DNA of 64,000 bases, from positions 31,679 through 95,678 of the IMG/VR virus record IMGVR_UViG_3300012942_000035. One strand, 5' to 3'. This stretch comes from a virus. The translations under genes were made by a program, and so were the position numbers. Below are positions 32,101-41,057 of the stretch, one piece after another (position 1 is the first letter of the stretch; each line of letters begins with the position of its first letter). The notes under the pieces are model-generated. The model had not been told where the DNA came from. It did not search any database and saw only the letters and a program-made list of their open reading frames with translations.

Positions 32101-33761
32101 TTGTTTGGTATAGAACTAATGCTAATAATCCTTTCCAGATAAGAATATATGCATACGACACCACATTTACTACAAAGGTACAGGATTATTTGGTGGTGAC
32201 TGAGCCTAGCCTTGGTAGATATCAAGTATCCAATAATGGTGGATGGGCTGGCGCTGGACTAGGATACGATTATATTAACAATAAGTTGATAGTGGTAATC
32301 TATGATATGTCATCTCACATATATAGAAAAGATTCATTTACTCTTGGAGCAACAGGTATTTCTGGGCGTGATGGTTTGACCGCTATGTCATCTACATGGC
32401 TATATGGTCAGGATGGAGGTCGTTCTCCGGCCCCTGGTAATAATCCGACATTCCTTGGTCCACTATACTATGGTAACTTTGATTATGGAACTCCTAGATA
32501 TGTAGCGGCTACTGGTCAGGATGTTGGAATATTCGGCAGTTATCATTGGGTAGAAATGATAGTTACCGACAGTTCCTATACAAGATTCAAGACACAGGAA
32601 TGGACTTTGAGAGACCCGAAGAAGGGTACTGCAATGTCTGCCAATTCCGACCTAGCACCGACATTCTATGATACAGGCACTTCTCAGTTCTATACTATTG
32701 GGCAGGACGGTGTAGTTCTCATATATGAGAGTGGTAGTCTGCAATGGAATGGTGGAAGCACATATATCAGATACTCATGGTATGACTCAAATACCGCAGG
32801 AGACACTACGAGCGGCCCTGGCGACGGTACACATGAAACATTGACCTCCACTTCTACATCAGTGGTGTGGTCCAAGCGTCAAAGGATGAATATAACTATT
32901 CCTCAGATTCCATTTAGCAATGGGCTAAATGATATACCTAACGCTGCCAGGTTGTACATCTATCAAGGTCAAACTGATATGGTGAATACTAGTTCAAATT
33001 ATCAGCGTGTGGGAACAATCAATTACCCTAGCACTAGTATGACGCTAACTCCGGGAGTCACGCCGAGTGGAGCCCCGCCGACGAGCAATCAATTTTCAAC
33101 CATCTCATCAAAGGCGACAATCCAGACCACTTCCGGTAGGTCATTCTGGTCTGGTGATGATACTGCTCAGTTCAGCCAGTTGGTATTGGTATCAACATCT
33201 GATGTTAGTACCGGTGCCGGTAACAAGCCAGCCTTGAGAATAGGTGATACTGGTGGAGTACACATGCGCTTCGACGGTAATGAGATTCAGGGTATGAGTG
33301 GAGACTCTACTGTTGGTCTGGTATTGATTAATCAGGGTGGAGGAAACTTCCAGGTAGGAAGCACGGCAACTCCGTCAACAGCCCACTTCTTCGGTGGTAT
33401 AGGACTTAGGAACTATACTGGAAATGATGCCAACGGAGTCAATGCTGCATCTGGATGGTCTCTAGACTCTCAGACTTTTAGGGTATTCGGTGATATAGTA
33501 TTCTGTAACTTCAACGTCACTCGTACGGGCGGTACTATATCTAATACTGGTTCTGGTAACATCGCCAACACAACGATAGCAAACTTTAGGAGCGGATACA
33601 CACCCAGATTCAATACCAACCTCGGCTCTGGTCTTACCGGAAGATTGGCAGCGTTTGTGGCCGGTGTAGACGGAACGATATCCATCGTAGCAGTTGGTGG
33701 AACAACAGATATAACTTCTGGCGAGAGTTTCTCCGTAGGAGGATTCTATCTCATCAACTGA
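26157..33761 (+). CDS. Large tail fibre / receptor-binding protein (FN3 repeats, ITxAKI repeats, CBM-like modules)
   Basis: 2534 aa; repeated VRAVD/DTTPP FN3 units; AITTAKIDNLAVTNAQIADATITNAKI repeats; WKKITVTF and WTRISGVF CBM-like modules. Confidence 0.85.
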   Translation: MARLLIPDLQPGTQFYVQVRAVDRDSASEFSRKFSFVTTSDNTPPDTITWASSDAWVVSGDAFVATWQAIDTSLPQNMDFDHYELEVGNGVRTSVVLTNNTSFTLTFEQNQIYFGTPSATVTARVRSVDRVGNVSAWNTLLSATNPAPAPVNSISTNPLYDSIQVSWDAGTLPDDFSSFLLQVSTTSASAGFSTVYNGADPTFTHPTTQYVTNHWFKVFVRDKFGSLSSGVTSSAVKPKNAYSVDSTAPNAPTSVTASTSYNATRQESYIDVSWPAISNPENDLAAYVIRYSNSTSGPWNYVKVDKDTLTARLTVTPGQPYYVGVRTEDWSANKSAYVNAGTYPITSAVDTAAPSTPTGLAVAASNVLGTNFVATWNANTENDFKEYELGIVYSGGTEVFYRTTARRFDFTLDQNKSAFTTPRPVLNFRVRAWDDNGNVSSFTSVVTGAIAAPAAPTALSGVTGANSIQTSWTPSASTTVIGYNVYQGTAANPTTLVGFSNTTYYVVTVSTTVGQYFTVKAVDAFGQESVALSGGPYSATNPFLVDTTPPAVPTSLAATLSNNTNGVGQRASVTWANGAETDRAGIELSFKRHSDTVWTSVFYGKDATSAIVDLSYAYTAYDFRIRAFDNSGNFSAWSATLAKGAIANVAPSNVTGLSAVSTTNSITYTWTLVADADVSNYELTFSTSSTFASGNITYYSGNSNTITVSGLSPDTTYYARVRAVDSAGLTSAAWSGTAIKATSPYSSGLSDGVAPASSPAPSVLGGIGYLFVSWAPVTNNDPVTYEVHISTISGFTPTSGTKVAEISGTIISLEKDAAGTALAYGTTYYVKTIAKDVDGAATASSQGSGQISKADTADIAVGAITASSAIIANAAVTSANIQDAAITTAKIDNLAVTNAQIADATITNAKIADLSVSKLTAGTVGSGVGITMAAGSSILLNGGSVYSNTYSTSGGTSGFSLSDSGLIIRSGDISAAALTTGTISGTNTITLSGSNAKIVAGSWSLSGDGLTIPNGAITASKLNITIGGDNLISGSNWSNGQTNGWGATSGTLSISSTVSYWGGYSIKLTTAGTIYPLLVKALPNSMLKPNTTYQFSAWVYVPSSGGVAYLSLSTRNINTSSPSITEVIVGNLLPAYDSWKKITVTFTTLASMGTSDVSLYVWAPYTPAAGLIWYTGAVSVTEGDIAPAYSPRSDDILPGTIVGNMIQANTIDAASLAANTVITQNLSVGNSLIVGLNATDASSLVRSYNWTGTGSTVGWGILGNGTAYFQNATVKGTINATGGSFSGSITASGTITGGTFTGGTVQTSTTATTNGVVINSTGIKGYGASTQKFFLDASNGNLTLTGATSIGGTLVVSGATTLNSTLTVSSGSITGGGWTLNSSGMTIPAGAISAGSLSLQNSQNIISPAYADFEFPPTYYKTNVITSQPSTSTVSVVTDTTAKYNSQCLQFRNTATGTTPIVYLSTASTAYNIANMEFGKSYIISAWVRNPLASAISVGISTRRASDAVFTNVVANTALALSSTSWTRISGVFTPAASDRYLIAFTNNAAAAGQGFDIDAIQIEEKITNSSAPSTWTPPSSTTIDGGQIRTGAIASTAFALDENGNQMLDASGNPVPAWSINTAGNAVLGDAWILGNIIVGDQAYDGTQALPSIRSYNYDENLKTGWSINSDGSAVFRNAIISSDALVDGNLTAAMSIQTGGAIIASGIHGESVELNSDGFTVHGAEQQNIISVSITSNIATIVTASPHGFIDAATDADNATEVIIRGVDDYLGYTSRVFDGTYIVATSPTTSSFTYALDSSHANVTSTAVSATVLGESAYITTGPTLIDFPTDASNPNIISGTMITDNISVNQSLSISGQALIGANTTMFLTSTITTPTSKPVLTWTNTRFATYPMQADTSHLHISNTLGMCRGHDGDMRYLQIAVDDDYDIVQYIGKMSLSSGAVGSKVVNLPYTTSDDGELINFFSIQYDSVNNLYYVLVWYRTNANNPFQIRIYAYDTTFTTKVQDYLVVTEPSLGRYQVSNNGGWAGAGLGYDYINNKLIVVIYDMSSHIYRKDSFTLGATGISGRDGLTAMSSTWLYGQDGGRSPAPGNNPTFLGPLYYGNFDYGTPRYVAATGQDVGIFGSYHWVEMIVTDSSYTRFKTQEWTLRDPKKGTAMSANSDLAPTFYDTGTSQFYTIGQDGVVLIYESGSLQWNGGSTYIRYSWYDSNTAGDTTSGPGDGTHETLTSTSTSVVWSKRQRMNITIPQIPFSNGLNDIPNAARLYIYQGQTDMVNTSSNYQRVGTINYPSTSMTLTPGVTPSGAPPTSNQFSTISSKATIQTTSGRSFWSGDDTAQFSQLVLVSTSDVSTGAGNKPALRIGDTGGVHMRFDGNEIQGMSGDSTVGLVLINQGGGNFQVGSTATPSTAHFFGGIGLRNYTGNDANGVNAASGWSLDSQTFRVFGDIVFCNFNVTRTGGTISNTGSGNIANTTIANFRSGYTPRFNTNLGSGLTGRLAAFVAGVDGTISIVAVGGTTDITSGESFSVGGFYLIN

Positions 33762-33762
33762 C

Positions 33763-33792
33763 TTGACAAGTCGGGTCAGGTCCGATTATAAT
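33763..33792 (+). promoter_or_regulatory. Sigma70/HrdB-like promoter
   Basis: TTGACA-18 nt-TATAAT. Confidence 0.7.
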
Positions 33793-33819
33793 TACAACAA
33801 CAAAGAAAGAGAACTATAA

Positions 33820-34047
33820 ATGACAGAGGATAACAGACTACAGAAAGAAACTCTCAAGAACCAAGCACTTAATGAGAGAATAGCACAACTAGTAGCCCAA
33901 TATGAGAACCAGATAGCAGAGTTCAGAGCAGAATCCACCCTCGTTATCGGTGAGTTAAGGAATACTATCTCAACACTAGAGGCGAAGGTTCAGGAAGCAA
34001 ATGAGAGTATTCAAGAAGAAATCCCAGCGGAACCAACCGAGGGCTGA
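33820..34047 (+). CDS. Small coiled-coil protein
   Basis: Heptad-like 75-aa ORF downstream of the promoter. Confidence 0.65.
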   Translation: MTEDNRLQKETLKNQALNERIAQLVAQYENQIAEFRAESTLVIGELRNTISTLEAKVQEANESIQEEIPAEPTEG

Positions 34048-34426
34048 GGTACCTACCGGCCCGGTAGAGTATCCAGCAGGTATCTGTCTTAGGACAGAAA
34101 AAGGCATCTTCTTCCTCAACAAAGACTTAAAGCGATACAGAATCGCCACGGATAGAATCCTGCAGTCATGGAACTTCCCGCTTATCGTAGACAGTTCCGA
34201 GGCGGCAGCGAGCACCTATCCGATTGCTATCAACAAGTTGGGATTCCGAGACGGCTCTTTGCTTAATAATATCGCTGATGGTAAACTATATCTAGTATCA
34301 GCGGGCAAGTTACGTCATATTGTCAATCCTGACTTCCTGAATAGGATTGGTAAGACTACCGCCGAGGCGGTAGTTGTCTCTGATGCTGAAATTAAGATAA
34401 TGAAGGTTGGAGAGAAGATTACCTAA
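34001..34426 (+). CDS. Hypothetical protein
   Basis: 141-aa ORF coupled to its neighbours; internal two-fold repeat. Confidence 0.6.
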   Translation: MRVFKKKSQRNQPRAEVPTGPVEYPAGICLRTEKGIFFLNKDLKRYRIATDRILQSWNFPLIVDSSEAAASTYPIAINKLGFRDGSLLNNIADGKLYLVSAGKLRHIVNPDFLNRIGKTTAEAVVVSDAEIKIMKVGEKIT

Positions 34427-34869
34427 TGTCGTTGACAAGTAACTGGAAGGCCATTACATGGTCTCCCAATGATGTTATTACAGACGAGAAGTTGCAGGGT
34501 ATGGTGGCTAACGACGAGTTGTTGAAGAACAACGTGCTGCAGACCACCTATCGTGGCAACTCTGGAAGTCAAAGTCAAGGTTTGAGGTTGCTGGCCGGTA
34601 CGGCGACGATTTCCTCAACCAAGAAGTCCGCATCTGCGGCAAGGTCCATCTCCTTCGGTAGTTTCTTCTCATCCAACGTGAAGCCCATTATATCCACTGG
34701 TCTGGTATCAAAGAACCAGAGGCAGGTATTCTTGACGGTAAGCGGTCAAGGCAATATTGTCATACCCAATAACAAGGGTATGGTCGTGCATGTGTTCGTC
34801 GCCCCGTCGAGTAAGAAGAAGAACATCACGAACACGCTGTACGTACACTGGCACGCGCTAGGGTACTAA
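34426..34869 (+). CDS. Hypothetical, possibly minor tail protein
   Basis: TAATG coupling; C-terminal VHWHALGY resembles H-type lectin/gp53-like ends. Confidence 0.55.
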   Translation: MSLTSNWKAITWSPNDVITDEKLQGMVANDELLKNNVLQTTYRGNSGSQSQGLRLLAGTATISSTKKSASAARSISFGSFFSSNVKPIISTGLVSKNQRQVFLTVSGQGNIVIPNNKGMVVHVFVAPSSKKKNITNTLYVHWHALGY

Positions 34870-34895
34870 TTTTCATATAGAAGGGGCTGTCCGTA

Positions 34896-35177
34896 TTGGC
34901 GAAGCGTCGATACAAGGGCAAGTATTATTCCCCGAAGCGTAGGGCGATATATGCGCAAGGGGACGATATAGACCACCTTGTCCTATTTGAATTACACAAT
35001 TGGATATGTAACATCTGTAAGCAACCAATCAATCCTGAATTGAGATTCCCGAATGAAATGGCTGCTACAGTAGAGCATGTGATACCGCTATGTAAAGGTG
35101 GCACTCATACTTGGGAGAATACCAGGCCGAGCCATGCTAAGTGTAATTTTTTAAAGGGTGATGGATTGGCTACATAA
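34896..35177 (+). CDS. HNH endonuclease
   Basis: CNIC...VEHVIPLCKGGTHTWENTRPSHAKCN. Confidence 0.85.
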   Translation: MAKRRYKGKYYSPKRRAIYAQGDDIDHLVLFELHNWICNICKQPINPELRFPNEMAATVEHVIPLCKGGTHTWENTRPSHAKCNFLKGDGLAT

Positions 35178-35201
35178 GTCTATTCGTGTTAGACTTTAAT
35201 C

Positions 35202-35855
35202 ATGAGAAGTTGTAGAATCGTCTCGGTGGGTCTACTACTTGCTCTGATGCTATTTCTGTTCTCATTTGTGACCGCTTGGCATGATAGCAAGAACACCCCT
35301 GTAGAAGCCGCAACCAAGTCGCCTGTCAGTTGTCAGGTATTGAATCTAAAGCAACACCCGCGAGTGGTATGTAAACTCAATGGTGTTGTGATACTGGACT
35401 ACGCTATCGACCTTCCTACCGTGACGGTCCCGGTACCTACCAACGTCCCGATTCATATACCGGGTCCGACTGTGTACGTCACCAAGCATCCTAAGCCTAC
35501 TAAAGCCAAGACGGTATATATCAAGGTGCCCGGTGATACCAAGACGGTTACCGCCCACCCCAAGCCCAACGTCATAGTACCCAGCCCTAGTGGACAATCC
35601 ACAAGTGCTAGTGCTACAATGAAGCCTAAGCCACAAGTTGTGACGAAAGTGGTTCATGATACAGAAACAGAGAACAACACTATCGTGAAGAGAATCTTTC
35701 TAGGCGGCGTGGCTATAGTGGTTTTGTCTGTGCTCGGTATACTGGCGCTGTTCCTCGGATATGTCATGGGACAGAAGGACGCCGAGAAGAACGAGAAGCG
35801 ATTCTTGGCGTCTATGGTGGATAACTTGAGACGCAACAAACCACTCGACAAATAA
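35202..35855 (+). CDS. Membrane protein with Pro/Thr-rich extracellular linker
   Basis: N-terminal signal/TM segment, PT-rich middle, C-terminal TM helix. Confidence 0.65.
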   Translation: MRSCRIVSVGLLLALMLFLFSFVTAWHDSKNTPVEAATKSPVSCQVLNLKQHPRVVCKLNGVVILDYAIDLPTVTVPVPTNVPIHIPGPTVYVTKHPKPTKAKTVYIKVPGDTKTVTAHPKPNVIVPSPSGQSTSASATMKPKPQVVTKVVHDTETENNTIVKRIFLGGVAIVVLSVLGILALFLGYVMGQKDAEKNEKRFLASMVDNLRRNKPLDK

Positions 35856-35862
35856 GGAAGAT

Positions 35863-36756
35863 ATGAGTGATGTGAAGAAGTGGGTCTTTGTTGGAGACCT
35901 ACAAATACCATTCCATGATAAGCGCGCGGTAGACCTCTTTATGAAGGCTATCAAGTGGTGGAAGCCAGACGCTATAGATATCGTTGGTGACATTGATGAC
36001 CAACTAGAATACAGCACCTTCTCAGACGGTACGACCGATGAGTTCTTCAATCAGTTGAAGGTTGCCGAGAAGGATTTCATCAAGGAACAGGACGCATATC
36101 AGAAGGCGCGTGTGAAGTTCCGCAAAGAGGGCAAGCAGGAAGAATATGATGCATTGGAACGCCCGGTATCACCTAATAGCGACCCATTGCCATTCATCAA
36201 AGAGCATGCTGATGGTGCTAGAGCATTCTATGCAGATATAAGAGCACAGCATCCTAACGCAGATATCCATGCCTCGCTCGGTAATCATGATATACGCATA
36301 TTCAAGTATATCGACAAGAAGGCTCCCGATGTCATAGACAAAGTGACGCCAGAGTTCCTATGGGGCTTGGATAATCAGGGCATCACATGGAGACTGTATC
36401 ACGAGAAGCCGTTTGAACGTTTCGCCGGTATCCATGTGCATCATGGTTCGACCACCACGACTACCGGCCTGGCTGTGAAGAATGACATTGAGAACTATGG
36501 AATCTCATTGGTGCGAGGACACGACCATCGCGGGGGTGTGGTCTACAAGTCCTATCCGATGACGGGTAGAAGTCTCGCCGGTATGGGTACGGGCCACCTG
36601 TGTGACCCTGACGCATATGGCCTCCGTTATGCAGACAATCCCTCTTGGGAACAGGGCTTCGGTATCGCCCATGTGGTAAACAACAAAGCCCATCTGCAAT
36701 TCATCCCGATACGAGACTACGTTTGTATTCTCGACGGTAAAGTATTCACGGGATGA
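35863..36756 (+). CDS. Calcineurin-like metallophosphoesterase
   Basis: GDLQ, GDIDD, GNHD, HHG and GHDH motifs. Confidence 0.85.
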   Translation: MSDVKKWVFVGDLQIPFHDKRAVDLFMKAIKWWKPDAIDIVGDIDDQLEYSTFSDGTTDEFFNQLKVAEKDFIKEQDAYQKARVKFRKEGKQEEYDALERPVSPNSDPLPFIKEHADGARAFYADIRAQHPNADIHASLGNHDIRIFKYIDKKAPDVIDKVTPEFLWGLDNQGITWRLYHEKPFERFAGIHVHHGSTTTTTGLAVKNDIENYGISLVRGHDHRGGVVYKSYPMTGRSLAGMGTGHLCDPDAYGLRYADNPSWEQGFGIAHVVNNKAHLQFIPIRDYVCILDGKVFTG

Positions 36757-36800
36757 ACTATGACCCCGAACATGTTATAATATAGCGATAGGAGGTTAAT

Positions 36801-37100
36801 ATGTACGGTTCAAGTATTACGACGTTCCAATTGGTAACATTGATTGTTGGTGTTCTACTACCCATCCTTGTCGCCATTGTGACGAAGTACGAGTCCAGTC
36901 CCAGAGTGAAGTCTGTAGTGCTGCTTGTCCTTTCTGGTGTCGCGGCGGTCCTCAACTCCTGGTTGAGCACTCCTAACGGCTTTGATTGGCAGCAGGCTAT
37001 CTGGGGCGCGGTAACCACCTTTGTCATAGGTGTAGCGAGCCTATTCGGTTTGTGGAAGCCAACCGGTGTAAACGACGCCGCGAAGCAGACGCTACGCTGA
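36801..37100 (+). CDS. Holin-like membrane protein
   Basis: Three TM segments; LPILVAIVTK...GLWKPTG typical of actinophage holins; SD AGGAGG. Confidence 0.7.
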   Translation: MYGSSITTFQLVTLIVGVLLPILVAIVTKYESSPRVKSVVLLVLSGVAAVLNSWLSTPNGFDWQQAIWGAVTTFVIGVASLFGLWKPTGVNDAAKQTLR

Positions 37101-37110
37101 TTGGGTAAAG

Positions 37111-37299
37111 ATGACTATTTGCAACAACACAATTATTTGTGATAAGTGCGGCGGTAAGGGCTTTGTCGATTTAACATTCACAGACAACAGAAACTACGAA
37201 GTATTCTGTATCATCTGTGGAAAGAGGGATTTCGTCGGCAGAGACCATACCCTGTACGATACTATAAAAGAATACGTTAGGTCGGTATTGGTAGCATGA
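37111..37299 (+). CDS. Small zinc-ribbon protein
   Basis: CDKCGG...CIICG. Confidence 0.65.
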   Translation: MTICNNTIICDKCGGKGFVDLTFTDNRNYEVFCIICGKRDFVGRDHTLYDTIKEYVRSVLVA

Positions 37300-37799
37300 G
37301 CACGAAGAGGAAAAAGACTCTGCGCTATTTCTTCTACAATGATGAGTTACACAAGAAGTTACACATCAATCGTGCCGAAGATGTTATCACGGCATGGAAC
37401 TACCCGCAGGGTAGGGTCATGAAGTATATCTATTCTGACGTACGCAAGCGTGGGGAGAAGGCTTTCTCCACTCCCGAAGTGATGAAACTAGTGAGGCGTG
37501 GGCGCGGAACCGTACTCGGCGCGGTCGATGACGGAAACATTCCGCGCCCACAATTCACATATGGTTTGGATGAGAATCGAAACCTGTATAAGTATTACTG
37601 GTCTGAGAAAGACATCATGGCTTTACACGCATATTTAAAGACGGTTCACATTGGCAGGCCGAGGCACGACGACAAGATAACGCCCGGTAACCTACCTAGT
37701 GCCGCAGAGTTGCGAGCCATGATGAAACAAGGTACAGTTCTATACGTCAAGACTGAGAGCGGCGAGTTCGTTCCCACTTGGCAGGCTGAGAAATTCTAG
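37296..37799 (+). CDS. Putative helix-turn-helix DNA-binding protein
   Basis: FSTPEVMKLVRRGRGTV...GNIPRP...YYWSEKDI resembles a MerR/excisionase-type HTH. Confidence 0.55.
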   Translation: MSTKRKKTLRYFFYNDELHKKLHINRAEDVITAWNYPQGRVMKYIYSDVRKRGEKAFSTPEVMKLVRRGRGTVLGAVDDGNIPRPQFTYGLDENRNLYKYYWSEKDIMALHAYLKTVHIGRPRHDDKITPGNLPSAAELRAMMKQGTVLYVKTESGEFVPTWQAEKF

Positions 37800-37807
37800 G
37801 AGGAAAT

Positions 37808-38017
37808 ATGGGAACCGTTTCATATCGTGCGCGATTCACGCGCAATATGGGCAACTTTGAATCCCTGCAACTTGAAATAGGTGTAGAGGATGAGCCTCGT
37901 GGTGATGAGAAGTTCACCGAGGCATACAATAGGGTCAAGGACTTTGTAGAGTCCAGGCTACTGGATGAGATTACCGAGTTGGAGAATGACATCAACTCGG
38001 TTCGTAAGGCCAATTAA
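37808..38017 (+). CDS. Hypothetical protein
   Basis: SD AGGAGG; TRNMGNFESL motif. Confidence 0.65.
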   Translation: MGTVSYRARFTRNMGNFESLQLEIGVEDEPRGDEKFTEAYNRVKDFVESRLLDEITELENDINSVRKAN

Positions 38018-38358
38018 TGGCGACACCAAAGCAAGCACACGCTTTGGTCAATCACTACATCAAGCAATATGAGAATAAATATTCGGTCAAGCCTACAGTC
38101 AACCGCTATTCTGCGAGATGGGGTTTCGACTCTATGCTCATGGACTTGTCGCTTGATGAAGTCAAAGCGTTGATTGAATACTACGTCAACGATACCATCG
38201 GATATAATCATCATAGTTTGGAATGGTTCTTCTACAACTATGAAAGGCTCATCGAGTCCAAGAAACTGTCCGAGGAAGAGGCCGAGCGCCTATCTGTAAT
38301 CCGAGAGCAATCTAGGAAGAGGATAGAAGAGTGGAGGAATAGAATTGGAAAATCTTGA
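38017..38358 (+). CDS. Hypothetical protein
   Basis: TAATG coupling; upstream of the helicase. Confidence 0.65.
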   Translation: MATPKQAHALVNHYIKQYENKYSVKPTVNRYSARWGFDSMLMDLSLDEVKALIEYYVNDTIGYNHHSLEWFFYNYERLIESKKLSEEEAERLSVIREQSRKRIEEWRNRIGKS

Positions 38359-39598
38359 GTTGAAGGTTATCAACTCGGTATGTAGTACGAAAGATATGTC
38401 CACGGTACTCTCCGGTAACCAAATCGACAAGATGTTCATGGTGTATCCAGACGTATGGGACTTCATCAAGTACCATTATTCGAAGTATAGAGAAGTACCA
38501 GATGTAAGTGAGTTGGCCAAGAAGTTTGATAACTTCGATATAATAGAGACTACCGGCCCGACGCAATACTTCGTTGACCAGATGCGCGAGCAGTATACGA
38601 AGAACGAGTTGGGCAGAATCACCTTGAAGGTGAGAGACAATATCAGTAAGATATCTTCTGAGAGAGTATTGTCCGGTGCTATCAAAGAACTCATGGCGCT
38701 ACAGGATATCTCGATAGAAAGTCATGACCTGGACATCACCGACTTCGAAGGGTCTATGGAAGAGTATAAACTGACCAAGGCCAGGAGTGATGAGAACGGC
38801 GGCACGCCCGGTATTCGTACCGGCATTGATGTACTAGATTCCGCCTATCCATCAGGACTTGTCGGTGGAGACTTGGTAGTCGTGTTGGGTTGGACCGGTA
38901 GGGCCAAGTCCCTATTGACAACATATGTATGCTGTAATGCTTTCAATGAGGGTTATAGACCGATGATTATCAGTCTAGAGATGAGGACCGCCAAGGTGCG
39001 TGACCGAGCGTATACCATGTTGGGTAATGGTATGTTCAAGAACTCAGACCTTACTGTTGGTGCAGTTAACGAAGATGATTTCAGGACGTTCTCAAACAGA
39101 TATAAGAACAAGAGTGGATTCATCGTCGTGTCTCACGACGGTAACAATGAGGTCACCCCGGCGATGGTACAATCCAAGATTGACCAGCACAAGCCCCAGA
39201 TTATAGTCTTGGACTATGCACAGTTAATGAGTGACAATGCCAACTCGTCAGATATGACATCTCGTATGCGTAATATGAGCAAGGAGTACAAGAGGTTGGC
39301 CGTGAAGAATGATATACCAATCATATTGATTTCTTCCGCAACACCGGATGCTACTACATCTATCAATACCCCGCCGATTATCGAGCAGGTAGCGTGGAGT
39401 AAGCAATTGTCCTATGACGCAGACTTGGCGTTTGCTGTTCATCGTCATGATGCCCCGTTGGGTGATAACTGTGTGCTGATTGAGATTGCCGGTAGGAAGA
39501 ATCGAAACGGAGATTTGTTCTCTGGATACTTCAAGGCTAATATCAATGAGGGAATATATGAGGAATTCTCTGATTTAGAAAGTGTACAAGTTGCATGA
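38345..39598 (+). CDS. dnaB: DnaB-like replicative helicase
   Basis: Walker A GWTGRAKS, SLEM, VLDYAQLM, YDADL, KNRNG. Confidence 0.9.
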   Translation: MENLELKVINSVCSTKDMSTVLSGNQIDKMFMVYPDVWDFIKYHYSKYREVPDVSELAKKFDNFDIIETTGPTQYFVDQMREQYTKNELGRITLKVRDNISKISSERVLSGAIKELMALQDISIESHDLDITDFEGSMEEYKLTKARSDENGGTPGIRTGIDVLDSAYPSGLVGGDLVVVLGWTGRAKSLLTTYVCCNAFNEGYRPMIISLEMRTAKVRDRAYTMLGNGMFKNSDLTVGAVNEDDFRTFSNRYKNKSGFIVVSHDGNNEVTPAMVQSKIDQHKPQIIVLDYAQLMSDNANSSDMTSRMRNMSKEYKRLAVKNDIPIILISSATPDATTSINTPPIIEQVAWSKQLSYDADLAFAVHRHDAPLGDNCVLIEIAGRKNRNGDLFSGYFKANINEGIYEEFSDLESVQVA

Positions 39599-39626
39599 TA
39601 TAATTACTGTAAAGTAAGGAATATTC

Positions 39627-39917
39627 ATGCATGACGATATCAAGCGATTCACCTTGACTGGTGAGATTGTATCTGATAGATTTGTATCAGCGCGAGAGGC
39701 GCTCATCAAAGACGTTGAGGACGGCATGAGGGACGAGGGGTATGTCCCCGTGCTGGACCTCAACTCGCAGTTTACGCGAGAATACAACGCGGAGACGGAA
39801 AGTTTCTTTTTTGAAATATCCGTATATGGTATCTATGTAGGAGAGAAAGACTCGTGGCGTTTGGCAGGGATGATGCATGGGATTCCAGTAGTGAGGTCTA
39901 TGCCCCCGACGAGGTAG
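39627..39917 (+). CDS. Hypothetical protein
   Basis: 96-aa ORF with SD AAGGA between helicase and primase. Confidence 0.6.
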   Translation: MHDDIKRFTLTGEIVSDRFVSAREALIKDVEDGMRDEGYVPVLDLNSQFTREYNAETESFFFEISVYGIYVGEKDSWRLAGMMHGIPVVRSMPPTR

Positions 39918-40978
39918 AGGCGGTACTCAAATCGCTTGGTGTTTCCCCTGTTGAGGAAACCGAGCAGGTATTCCTTTCCTTCTGTCCATTTCACGGTAAC
40001 ACCCGTGACCCGGCGTTCGCTACAAACAAGACTACCGGCTTCTCCATATGCTTCAATCCGGCTTGCGCCATAGGTTCTGAATTCAGGCTCACCCTTGAAC
40101 TGATGGTTATGAAGTTGAAGGGTCTCAATAAGTTGCAGGCCAAGAGATTCATACTGTCGTCTACAACAAAGTTGGGGCTGTCCTTCGAAGAGAAGTTCGA
40201 TATCTTAGAGGCCCGTGAAGAGGAAGAGTTGAGGCTCTTCCCGGCATCTGCTATTGACAAGATGCATAACAGGCTGCTGGATACTCAGTTCGCATATGAG
40301 TATCTAGAGGGTAGAGGGTTTGACAGACAAACGATAGAATATTTTAAGGTTGGGTTTACCCCGGCCTCCACCGCTCCGATTTACAAGCCGGATATGGTGG
40401 TTGTCCCAGCATATGATGACAAAGCCCGCCCGGTAGGACTAGTAGGACGTTCCGTAGTAGGCAAAGACTTCAAGAACTTCGGACCAAATCAGAACGGTAC
40501 AGGATTCAAGAAGTCCAAGATTATATGGAATCTACAGAATGCCAAGAAGCATGACACTATCATACTTACCGAGGCCACTTTCGATTCTATGAGTGTTCAT
40601 CAGGCCGGATATCCCAATGTGGGGGCACTTCTCGGCGGTACGCTGTCAAAGACCCAGAAGATGTTGCTCGGTAAGTATTTCAAGCACGTCATTATCATGA
40701 CCGATAATGAAGTGGGCGACAATGTGGTGTATCATAAGCATTGCATGCATTGTATGAGACAGGGCAGTAACATGTGTCTGGGACACAAGCCCGGTAGAGA
40801 TTTGGGAATGAAGATTGCCAGTGAACTACCGCACCTACGAGTGTCATGGGCGGTATTCAATAACAGGGAGATATACCCTAGGAATGTGAAGGATGCCAAT
40901 GGGATGACTGGCGATGAGATTCGCCAATGCCTTCACAACATAGTCTCACACTTTGACTATCTTGAGTGGATAGCCTAG
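39854..40978 (+). CDS. dnaG: DNA primase
   Basis: CPFH...CFNPAC zinc finger, YLEGRGF, TOPRIM LTEATFD and MTDNE. Confidence 0.88.
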   Translation: MAFGRDDAWDSSSEVYAPDEVEAVLKSLGVSPVEETEQVFLSFCPFHGNTRDPAFATNKTTGFSICFNPACAIGSEFRLTLELMVMKLKGLNKLQAKRFILSSTTKLGLSFEEKFDILEAREEEELRLFPASAIDKMHNRLLDTQFAYEYLEGRGFDRQTIEYFKVGFTPASTAPIYKPDMVVVPAYDDKARPVGLVGRSVVGKDFKNFGPNQNGTGFKKSKIIWNLQNAKKHDTIILTEATFDSMSVHQAGYPNVGALLGGTLSKTQKMLLGKYFKHVIIMTDNEVGDNVVYHKHCMHCMRQGSNMCLGHKPGRDLGMKIASELPHLRVSWAVFNNREIYPRNVKDANGMTGDEIRQCLHNIVSHFDYLEWIA

Positions 40979-41057
40979 CATTAGCATCTGATGTGTGCTA
41001 TAATAGAAGAGTCGGGTAATCCGACTAGTAAACGAAAAGGAATAAGGTAATCTAATA

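Noticed and set aside
26157..33761. Diversity-generating retroelement acting on the tail fibre
   Set aside because: No reverse transcriptase and no template/variable repeat pair noticed in the window.
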